This document shows positions 1 through 10,594 of a DNA stretch of 64,000 nucleotides, piece after piece. Below the pieces are notes generated by a model that saw only the letters and a list, made by a program, of their open reading frames with translations, searched no databases and had not been told where the DNA came from. The position numbers and the translations under genes are program-made. Source of the stretch: Paraphysomonas bandaiensis. Lineage: Eukaryota > Protista > Chrysophyceae. The stretch lies in contig CBFFRP010000125.1 of the NCBI GenBank assembly GCA_965644295.1, positions 1-64,000 of the forward strand. Reading direction: 5' to 3'. Numbering within the stretch: position 1 is the first letter of the stretch; the number at the start of each line of letters is the position of its first letter.

Positions 1-1976
1 TTGTAATATACGTTGAATACAGACGTAATATCACTCCCTATTTCAAGAGCCATTGTGGCAACCGCGTACCGAAGAACTGCATGGAGGGGGTGGATGGAAG
101 TTGATATGCAGAATAAGCTCTCAAGGCGAGGGAGAACAAGTTACCTCCAGGATTAATGGAAGTGGTAGGAACTGCGTATCTCATACCTTCGCTCTGGGGC
201 TGTGACAACAGAGACCACAGTACTTGTCAATGAGTGACAGCAAACTAACCAGTTGGTCCCGGAGTCAATATATTGGTCTTGTATTGTCCGCTTTTGCCTC
301 AACAGTGAAGTTATTGACACTCATAGGCACCATAGCCAAAGAGTGGGAGGTGTGAGATCGACACATTGTAGTAAGTATAAAGGCTCAGTTCTGTCAGTCT
401 GTCAATTCGTTGAGCTGTATCAGAGTGGGCTGCTGCTCCCACACCAACTTAAGGGCAATCGCACCATTCACCTCTATTTTTTGATATGACACTGAAGTTT
501 TACCTATATAAAATGGTGGCAGTGATAAGGTATATTGCTCTGTGGCAACGACAGTACAAGTGCTAATGAAGTTGTGCCGCAGGAGTGTGATTGGTGCTTT
601 GTTGAGAAGACCTAATATCAGCTAGGTTGTACAGTTCACTCATACAACGGCAGAGAGATGTACAGGTTCAGGAGTCGATAACGACGGCGATATTCGAGCA
701 ATCCCTGCGAGTACCTGTTGCGCTATGAAGGTGGTATAATATATACATAATAATACGTATTGTTATTCCTCATTTATTTCTATACAAGCAGGAGTTGACA
801 GGCACTGGTGCAGTATATTCAGAAGCTCGGTTGATTGTCGATTGTAAGTACTTATAATTAATCAAAAACCTTTGTATTGTATATAGCACTATATGTGCCA
901 CACATATATTATGTATAATGTAACCGTTTCATTCAACATTTTTTGAGTCTGAACTTGATATATTTTTTATTACTTGTCATTTCAAACATGTTCTCTTCAC
1001 ATCTACTACACTAATTATTGCAATACGTATCATAAACTCAACTTAAATCGACTTTCTCAAATTTCAACAGGTTTGGCGATTTACATCGACTTATGACGAA
1101 TTGCTACCAGAAGATGAAATAGAGTCCAGTAGTGGTACTAGGATTAGTACCAGAAGAAGAAATCGCAAAGGGGCACTATAAAGGTCTGTGTGATGCTTGT
1201 ATATATTTATCCGCCTGTGCATATATCATATATTTAATTCATTGCAGGTGCTTAAAAGATGGGAAAATTCAAATAAGCAACGGGAAGTTGGATCAAGATA
1301 GCTTTTAACTCTTTACATGGTTTTGTTCATTTTTCAACTTTGTTCAATTTTTAAAATTTCAACTTTCTTAAATTTTTACTAATAGTGGTGCTTTCAACGT
1401 GATTATTATACCACTTTTTAATCATCCCGTAAACTTGTTGAAGGTAAAATATTATATGGAATGCATTTATGTTTGATTTGTTGTTGTAGCGCTTATTTTT
1501 TGAAAAATTTCTAAGTTCATTTATTCGTGCAGATATGCTATTTTCAAAATTGTGTCTGTTTCACTATTCGATATATATTTGGTAAAAATCATGATTTTTG
1601 GTAATTTGTGTGTAACTGTACAAGTAAATTAGAATAAGCAACGCCCATGTATTTCAAGATAGCATTTTATATAAGTGTTCATATGAATTAATCTAGAGCA
1701 TCTAGCTAGCTAACTAACCAACTTAGCATAGCATTCATCAGACATGCACTACAAAGTCAAGTGGAGCATTATTTAAACTTCACCACCAATACATGAGCGA
1801 GTATGCTGCCATTATAAAACATTACGCTCAAGTACACATGACGCACCAGACACCCCTACAAAAAGGGTGCAGTATACTGCATGCTACACTTACTAGGTTC
1901 CTAATTCTATTACTACGCAGACACTACGCATTACGCATTTACACAGACCAAACCAAATAGCAACAATGCATAATTC

Positions 1977-2861
1977 CTAACAAAAGAGACCCCAGTCTTG
2001 GATTTTAAATGATGTAACAACTTCTTTGAAAACTTGCTCATTATGTGCAAGACTGGGTTCCGGGGTAGATGAAAATATCGCATCAGGGGAACTTAAGGCA
2101 GATGGAGAAAGAGAAATAGCAGCGGAATCCTACACATTACGTCAGTCTTCTCACATCTGCATCAAAATATTTACCAGCGCTGAGTTCATTGTAATAAGAA
2201 TATCTGTTTCCTTCTCTGGTAATCGCAGCAGTACCATAAACACAAGAACGTTGTCCAAGCTATTCATTATTAAGCATATGTAAGCAGTAAAACAGCGATA
2301 AATAGTTAATTCCTTACCGATGGTCCTTTTCTACTTCTTGTCTGCCAATGAGCAAACACCTTGACTTCGAGGCGTCAATGCTTGGTATACAAGAACTCGA
2401 GACGTCGACTTTCGAGTAATAAACTTCTGATGCTTTTGCCTGAAATACATATATAGAATCAGTGTGTACATTCGACATAACCATAAGTAGTATGCACCCT
2501 ATTGAACTCCACTAGATCATCAAAGAAAAACTGAGGTGCAGAGGCATCTGAAACATCTTGCCTGGAGAGTATTTCGACAATCACAGATGTGTTTGAGGTC
2601 TTATCCACATACACTTCTTGATGATCAGGGACCTGTTAGACCATTAGCCGTCAGTCATCGATATCCAGGAGACACATGTAGGCTTGTTACCGTTCTGTAT
2701 ACACTGATATCTTCGTATGAGGTTGGTAAAGTACATACAATCGCTCCACCTGATGTAATATATTATATATGTATGTATGTACGTGTATATGTATATGTAT
2801 GTATGTATGACTCATATGGCGATGTGTGTATACCGAATAAGTGACAAGCTTGTGTAGACAT
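1977..2861 (-). CDS. MOG1: Mog1 / Ran guanine nucleotide release factor (multi-exon; absent from ORF track)
   Basis: Manual splicing of the minus strand gives MSTQACHLF-GGAIVCTLPTSYEDISVYRT-VPDHQEVYVDKTSNTSVIVEILSRQ...FFFDDLVEFN...VLLRLPEKETDILITMN...FKIQDWGLFC*. This matches the Mog1 signature motifs LFGGAI, VPDxQEV, LRL..TDILITxN and DWxLF. Confidence 0.9.
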
Positions 2862-3318
2862 GTTCTTTGGAAGGTAAGGAAGTGACTGGATAATGGGGAA
2901 ATGCAGGAGTAATGGAGATTAATGGAGATATGGTTAGAATTATGTTGACGAGGGTATGGGGTGTTATATATGAGAGGTGTACACAGGTACATATATGTAT
3001 GAATACAGTGGAAGTGTATATATAATTGTACGTAGAGACTGTCTAGAAGAAATAGTAGTGCGGTACACCTATGTGATATTATTAGGACTAAGATGTACCT
3101 ATATACTCGACTTACACCGGTACATGTGCAGGACTTGTAGGTGTTACCATAATAGACCAGCATGTACCAACACACTTCATGATGTACACAAGTACACTCA
3201 TCACTCTCTACATACATACATACATATATACATACATACATAACACTCATATATAACACACATACACATATATATATACACACATCCCTATATATCCATA
3301 TACATACATACCCTCCTC

Positions 3319-6022
3319 ATGCAACGTAATAAGAAACCTCGTGCTGATGAAATCGTTGATGAACGTGGACGTCGAAGATTTCATGGTGCTTTTACAGGTG
3401 GTTTCTCAGCTGGTTATTACAATACAGTGGGGAGTAATGAAGGATGGAAACCATCAACCTTTACATCCTCTAGGTGAGTTATATACACACTATACACGGT
3501 TTTGAAATCAATCAAAGGGTTTAGATGATGGTTGATTGGTTGCTGTGTGTCTGTAGGGGGAACAGAGCGACGAAGAAGGTGCAAATGGCTCAAGATTTTA
3601 TGGATAATGAAGATGGGCTCTTAGGTGGGGTTTTAGCCACTAAAGAGGTGATAAATGGATCTATTAAGAAGTGGAATGTCATGATTAAAAGTTTTTGATG
3701 TAGGAGTTTGATACGTTTGGTGTGAAATCAAATGAACGGGCGAAGTTGATGGCAGATGCTGTGTCTGCAGGCAGTGCTGTCCCTGGCCCAGTCCCAAGTG
3801 AATTGATTGCACCGACTTCTCGTCCTATTGGATATCGCCTCTTGCAATGCATGGGATGGAAAGAAGGACAGGGTATCGGAAACAGAAAGCGTCGGCGCGC
3901 ACAAGGTGATAAACGAGGGGATATAGGGCTACTGGAGGGAATAGATCTTTCGAAATTGCCGAAGGGAGCTGTGATTGATAATGCGGTCACTTTTTCTGCG
4001 CTGGATGATGCTGTAGATGTAGCTAAGACATTTAAACCGAAGGCTGATGAATATGGCCTTGGATTTGACCCTAGTCGTAGCCACCCTGAGATGTTTGCTC
4101 TACAGCGCTTGCGTGGTCCCAGTACTGGGGGTTCCTCTGGAGGGGTCTACAGTGTCAGTGATCTTCAATTATCACGGAGCAGCAGAGATAGTAATAGTAA
4201 GGCTAGAGGAGGGGGAGGGTGGACTGAGCGAGATCAAGGAGGGTTTGCAATTGATGATGGGGATGATGATGTATATGACACCGGTGGCCCTCTGGATATG
4301 CCGACCCTACCCAGCTTCTCCGTACCTAGAGATAAAAGTGTTGATAAAAGTCATTCAGGATTGATTAAAAGTGCAGAGGCTATTCCCACAGCACGTTGCC
4401 GTACTGATAATCGTCTACCTATTTCGGGATTTGTGCTTGAAAGCGAGAGTAATGGTGAGGTGCAATATAAGGCTCATTTTCCACCACCACGTGTACCAGA
4501 GGATTTTTCTGGGAGACACGTATTCGAGGATGAAGAAGTGCAAGGACAACCAGAAGTAGATATAGTATCAGCAACTGAATCGGGTGAAAAATCTGGAAAG
4601 GGGAAGCTCTTTAGTATGCTAGATGCAAAGGGAAGGGAGCAAATCCAACGGGCGCTTTCTATGGCAAAGGGCCAGCAGCAGCAACAAGATTCTGCTCCTA
4701 CGAAAACAGTTGCAGAGCCAAACGAAGAATGCGCGCGCCCTCTTTTGAAGGGACGTGGTGGAAATACTCTGATGTCGCTAGGTCTTGCTGAAGCTTTAAA
4801 GGGTCGATTTACGTCATCCACATCCACTACGTCATCTGAGGCGGTGCGGATGGAAGGCGGCATGATAACAGCGAAAGAGATCCAAGAGAAGCGAGCTGCG
4901 ATGGAGATCACAGCTCCTTCTTCCTCCTTGGCACCGTCGATTTCGACAGAAAAAAATCATGCAGTGCGTCGCACCTCTACGGTCTGGGTACCTAATCGTC
5001 TTCTCTGTAAGCGTATGAATGTTCCTGTGCCAGAAGTATCAGCCGCAATACCTGAGACACCTTCCTCAGGGGCCCGCGGGAGGGAGGATGAAATATTTGA
5101 CAGGCATATCGGGGCATTCACTCACGGGGCACCGGATAGTAATGATGTTATCCCTCGTGACACACCAGCGCCACTTGAAGTGGCCAGTCAGGAAGCAAAA
5201 AGAACTCCCGCCCCTCCGGTAACTCAGTCGCAAGCATTGGAGGAAGATGAAGAAGAGCGGCCTCAAAAGCCTCCTATGTCTTTATTTAAGTCTATATTTG
5301 AGGACAGCGATGACAGTAGCGATGATGAAAGCGATACGTCGTGTGAAGAGGGGGGTGATGGTGATGCTAATCGCAGCGAGCCGGAGAGTGTGGTGAAAAC
5401 TCCTGGAGCCAATGAAATATCAGAATCTTCTGCAACGGAGCGGAAAGTAGATGCTCCAACCGTAGCGCCTGCGGAAGCTCCATATAATGAAAAAGCAGAA
5501 CTTCTCAAAGAGAGGTATGTAACGGGGGTTGATCCAGACCATGAAAGTGGGGTTGCTTCTTCTCCGGAAGATAAAGATAGACTGACATCGAAGATAGTCT
5601 TTCGTAAGCCTTCCGAGACACACACGGGGTCTAGTCATGGGAGATCGGCTATTCCAGGCCGACGGCGAGGAGGAAGAACTCAGTACAAACCTCTTGTGTT
5701 GGGAGGAAAAGATGATCTAGAGATAAGTGACGCGGAGAACCGGGTGATGAAAGACAGACTCTCCAGAATTACCTCGGCCCCAGTGTCTGCAGCGAATAAG
5801 AGCACTATGGATAAGCTGTTGGCTTCTCTAAAACACGACGACCACGGTGATAAGGGTAGCGATGACTCGGAAAGTAGTAGCAGTGAGGACGATCGGAAGA
5901 GCAAAAAGTCGAAAAAGAGTTCCCACAAGTCTTCGAAAAAACACAAGAAAGAAAGGAAGCACTCTCACAAAGGGGAATCGACTAGGACTAAAAAGTCAAA
6001 AAAACGTAGACGCGAAGAATGA
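3319..6022 (+). CDS. GPATCH1: G-patch domain-containing protein 1 (spliceosome associated)
   Basis: Exon 1 reads MQRNKK...[34 protein letters not shown] (DUF1604 motif). The G-patch [18 protein letters not shown], the [14 protein letters not shown] and [11 protein letters not shown] motifs and a K-rich tail lie in ORF 3722..6022. Confidence 0.93.
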
Positions 6023-6284
6023 ATGGTGTTGTAATGTGTATGATTAGATATACTACTTCGTTCTGAGCACCCAATAGTGTAATTTTAAGCATGTGTAACA
6101 AACCAGTAGTGAGTATTGCTCATGATGTCGTAACTGCTATTGCTCTTACTAATGTGTTCCTTAACTTGAGAAGTTTCTCAACAACTAGATGATGTACAAA
6201 CCTAATCCATAATATTTGTTTCACATTATATTTGTATCTTACGAAACCATCAGTTATATGTTTATGATTACGCTGTGTGTTGAG

Positions 6285-6402
6285 CAGGGCTGCGTAACAA
6301 TTAATTGCAAATGTTATAGCTCGCGCTATTATAATTGCAATTATTACGTATGTTCCATGCAATTTAATTGCAATTACAATTAATTGTTACGCAGCAGCCC
6401 TG
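6285..6402. mobile_element. 118-bp hAT-type MITE
   Basis: TIRs cagggctgcgtaacaattaattg ... caattaattgttacgcagcagccctg, flanked by an 8-bp TSD with 1 mismatch: gtgttgag (6277-6284) / gtattgag (6403-6410). Confidence 0.85.
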
Positions 6403-6856
6403 GTATTGAGAGCAATTGAAAGCTGTAGTTGTAAGGTATTTAAATTACAGTAGTTGTACAGTTGTTGTATTCTTATTAATCGTACTGTGAGAATGAATGA
6501 TGATAAGTATATAGTAGTAAACGGAATAAAGTGACGATGCAAGTTGTAGTGACGAAGAAGTAAGGTCGTACGAGAAATGAGTAGTAGTAAAGACAAGAAA
6601 TTGGTGAATAGTAAGAGTGTTGATTAAAATTTATAATTCTCAGCATTGATTATAAGTTTATCTTCAGTTGTTAAGCTAACACACCTCATATAATGTCAAA
6701 CTTTGATACAGTGGGCAGTGGAGTTAAATCTTTACAATGGCTTGTCACTATAACTATAACTAAAACTGAACGCCAAAATAATAAACGATTCAAACGCACA
6801 AGTGCACTTTTTACGTGTTAGGTTGCCAACAACTCTGCAATTCGGGTAACATAATA

Positions 6857-7280
6857 CAGGGCCTCGTAACCATTAATAGCCCATTAATGGTAGGCCAGTT
6901 GCCGGCAATTATAATGGCCATTAATGCAATTACCTTTAACGGTTACCAGTTACAAGGCCGGCAGGCTTGCGTAACAATTAATTGGCAATTACTGCCAATA
7001 AATTGAAAACCAATTAATTGTTACGCAAGCCTGAGGCCGGGCCAACCTTCCCACTATTGTAATAGCCATTGTAGTATAGCCATTAAGGGCAATAACTGGC
7101 CATCGTCCTTAATGTTTTGCAACTTTTAATTCTATTATTATGTGCTCTTATACTATATAGTTAGAAATTGCCAATTTAATTGCAACCTTACAGCGAGCAA
7201 TTATAATTGCAATTATTACGTATGTTCCATGCAATTTAATTGCAATTCAATTAATTGTTACGCAGCCATGCCAGGCCCTG
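6857..7280. mobile_element. hAT-type non-autonomous element carrying a nested MITE
   Basis: Ends cagggcct ... aggccctg, with 8-bp TSD acataata/atataata. Its right part (7200-7265) is nearly identical to the 6285-6402 element. Confidence 0.75.
6962..7033. mobile_element. 72-bp nested MITE
   Basis: Perfect 24-bp TIR caggcttgcgtaacaattaattgg / ccaattaattgttacgcaagcctg; direct repeat aggccgg on both sides (6955-6961, 7034-7040). Confidence 0.85.
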
Positions 7281-7520
7281 ATATAATATATCTTCTATTG
7301 CGTCATACACACACAACGGCGACTTCAAACTTCAAATTTCTTTCTTTCACTTCGCAAAGCGCCTGTGTAAACAGGACTATTTCAAGGTATAGATAAAATG
7401 AAATTAGGGTCAAATTAACAACTTACAATTAATCTTTACGTATAATTTGAAAGAAAAGTGATATATTTGAGATATATTTCTGTAATTTAAGTATATTTTC
7501 CAGACTTAAACAGTAACTGC

Positions 7521-9866
7521 TTACTTATTATCTATAAATTTGTGGTCTAGATCCGCTAAAACATCACTAATTACATCATCTCCTAATTTAGGTAATGAAT
7601 ACACAACAAATCCCAGTTCATTCTCTATGTACTTATCACGTATGCACCTTAATTTACTATTGCACTGTTTATCGATCTCCATGAAATAAATACGGTTTGG
7701 GGAACCGGAATTACTTGGCACTAGCACCATGAAGTCACACTCGAATCCACAGCAGAAGCAGTTCCGGGTAACAGTATAAGACGGATGCTTCTCTCGTATG
7801 TGCTTTTCAATCGTATCTAAGAAAGGTCCACAGGATGATGATTTCACAGGTATCAAACAGCTTTCTCCATCAGCAGGCACATGCTGAATGCACGATTGTT
7901 CCAAGGTTTGCAACATCCCAACAACATCATCTGGTAGGCTTGGACAATGACGACGAAAAAGAATACATCTCTGCCAAAGACTAACTAGCTCCATTTGTGA
8001 TGCACTCTCTATGCAAACCCCAGACTGTAGCAACTTCCTCAGAATCGCTACAACTTCTGTGCGACAACCCATATCCAATAAGCCGACCAATGCATCAGAG
8101 AAAGCATTAACAGCAACAATTTCACCATTTTCCACCATTCTACTTGATATTAGCCGCAATAATAATTGCACGGCAATAGTATCACCACTCATACAAGATA
8201 GCCCGGTCAACGCTTGGCAGACCTCTGCACGACTTAGTACCTCTTTAGTTTCACTAAAAATGCGAGTTATTGCCCGTATTACTTCACGGACCTTCGGATA
8301 TTTGCTATTCATGCGGCGTAAGCCCGCTAGTGATCTGGCAAAATCTTCCCCGGTCAACTCACCATGTGTTGTAAGAGTTTTCCGAAGTATTATGCCAAGT
8401 AGACCACGCACTGCAGGTTGGTCGCTGGATAACCCCTGGAGCCAGCTCGTCGCAGAAACCAAATCTTGTGTGGTAAAATCCAACATTGATTCCTTAATAT
8501 GAGTACAAAGCGCCTCCAGTACAGTTTCGACTTCAGCATGGTCACTGGACAAGCAGTTGAAACCAGTTAACGCATTCAACACATCATGACGAGTCATCGC
8601 TTCGGGGCATTCACGAATCTTTTTGTGAAGTATCTGCAATGTATTTCTAACCTCCTGATGCTCACTGCTCATGCCATGAAGTCCACACAGTACATTCGAG
8701 ATACATTGTGCTCCAAATAACTGCTTGCAGATTCGCATCTTTTCTATTATAGCTGCCAGTGCTTCTAGTGACTCCGGGTGGTCGCTAGATAATCTATGAA
8801 TGCCGTGGCAAGCCATGCTTAATTGTTGTACATCCATAGGTTCTTTACAATCGCGGGTCATTTTAGTTAGCACTGATACAAGACGGCGAACCTCCGCTAC
8901 ATCACTGGACATATTGCGTAGTCCGTACAAAGCATTTCCAACCTCCTGAGCCTTCATACATTCCTCGCATTCTGGAAACTTGTCGGAGAGAATGGAGATG
9001 ACAGATCTTACTTCCTCGTGATCGCTTGACATATACTGCATACCATACATGGCATTTCCTACTGACTGAGATGATAGTTTCTCACTGCAACGCGATAAAA
9101 GAGGTACAAGCGCCCGGAGAAGAGACCTTGTCTCTGCGTGCTGGCTGGACATACGCCTGAGGCCATAAAGGGCGTTTCCTAGCTCTTGTGCCGTCATATC
9201 CTCTTCACACTCAGATACTTTCACTGCAAGAGCAGTCAAAAGCTGACGTACCTCCGGGTAATCAGTACTCATATTTTGTAAACCGTATAGTGCGTTTCCA
9301 ACGGCTTGAGAAGTGAATATATCATCGCATGTTTCGATTTTCACGGCGAGCACAGGTAGCAACTTGCAGACCTCATTGTGCATAGACGACATACCCTTAA
9401 GTGAATACAAAATGTTACTTATAGTCATAATTGGGAGTATGCTTCTGGACTTCTTCAGAATCGTCGTAAGAGCACTCAAAAGGTACCTACAATGCGGATC
9501 AGTACTCCTCATTGTGCGAAGACCATAAAATGCTTTGCCAATTTGAGATGGATTAGACCAACGTCGAGAAGAAGCCATTGAATCCGTTATTTTCATTACT
9601 TGATCACCATCTAAATATATACGAGCCTTTGCACATGAATATAATAATGATGATATGAGTGTATTATCGCCACTTCTTGCCACTGTTTCTACAAGTTTAT
9701 ATATATGTTTTGGACGTTTATTATATTTGATAACAAAATCTAAAATAGTTTTTGAATTTAATGCAATATGACGTCCATTATCTATGATAGTTGATGTAAA
9801 TGAACGTGTATGTATGTGTGATATAGATGTACGAGATATACGGGCTACACGATGCAAGATATACAT
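7521..9866 (-). CDS. Helical-repeat (OPR/HPR-like, 40-aa period) protein with a C-terminal RAP-like domain, probably organelle-targeted RNA-binding protein
   Basis: Intronless 781-aa ORF with about 12 tandem 40-aa repeats (xQxxGNALYGLxxMSSDHxEVRxLL). The N-terminus is R/S-rich and lacks acidic residues (transit-peptide-like). The C-terminus GFECDF...MEID...RDKY...GFVV is RAP-like. Confidence 0.75.
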   Translation of the reverse strand: MYILHRVARISRTSISHIHTRSFTSTIIDNGRHIALNSKTILDFVIKYNKRPKHIYKLVETVARSGDNTLISSLLYSCAKARIYLDGDQVMKITDSMASSRRWSNPSQIGKAFYGLRTMRSTDPHCRYLLSALTTILKKSRSILPIMTISNILYSLKGMSSMHNEVCKLLPVLAVKIETCDDIFTSQAVGNALYGLQNMSTDYPEVRQLLTALAVKVSECEEDMTAQELGNALYGLRRMSSQHAETRSLLRALVPLLSRCSEKLSSQSVGNAMYGMQYMSSDHEEVRSVISILSDKFPECEECMKAQEVGNALYGLRNMSSDVAEVRRLVSVLTKMTRDCKEPMDVQQLSMACHGIHRLSSDHPESLEALAAIIEKMRICKQLFGAQCISNVLCGLHGMSSEHQEVRNTLQILHKKIRECPEAMTRHDVLNALTGFNCLSSDHAEVETVLEALCTHIKESMLDFTTQDLVSATSWLQGLSSDQPAVRGLLGIILRKTLTTHGELTGEDFARSLAGLRRMNSKYPKVREVIRAITRIFSETKEVLSRAEVCQALTGLSCMSGDTIAVQLLLRLISSRMVENGEIVAVNAFSDALVGLLDMGCRTEVVAILRKLLQSGVCIESASQMELVSLWQRCILFRRHCPSLPDDVVGMLQTLEQSCIQHVPADGESCLIPVKSSSCGPFLDTIEKHIREKHPSYTVTRNCFCCGFECDFMVLVPSNSGSPNRIYFMEIDKQCNSKLRCIRDKYIENELGFVVYSLPKLGDDVISDVLADLDHKFIDNK

Positions 9867-10104
9867 AATTAAGATACAACTTGCACGAGTAAATGCCTTA
9901 CTATGTCAGAATAATTGTCAGGATAATGATTGAAAGAGAACAGGCATTGTAGTGGGGATATGAAGATGTTATTGAGGAGAAGACGTTGAATGCTGAGATG
10001 CGTGCACTAACAGCACTAGAAGCATCGTCCATTTGTGATCACAAACACCATAAGCAAAAATACAGTATGATGTACTGTACTATATGCGTACCATTGGACT
10101 GTGT

Positions 10105-10508
10105 ATACATACATACATACATACATACATACATACATACATACATACATACATACATACATACATACATACATACATACATACATACATACATACATAC
10201 ATACATACATACATACATACATACATACATACATACATACATACATACATACATACATACATACCTACATACCTACATACATACATACATACATACATAC
10301 ATACATACATACATACATACATACATACATACATACCTACCTACCTACCTACCTACCTACATACATACATACATACATACCTACATACATACATACATAC
10401 ATACATACATACATACATACATACATACCTACATACATACATACATACATACCTACATACATACATACATACATACATACATACATACATACATACATAC
10501 ATACATAC
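10105..10508. repeat. (CATA)n microsatellite with CCTA variants
   Basis: Directly visible tetranucleotide array of about 400 bp. Confidence 0.99.
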
Positions 10509-10594
10509 TGCTGTATAGATATTTGAATTTTATATCAGTAGCTTCTCATATATATGTATATATAGTCATAGTATGTAACCGAGCATACCATACA

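Noticed and set aside
1-1260. Exon-like fragments at the window start
   Set aside because: Stops in all frames and no recognisable domain; cannot be called.
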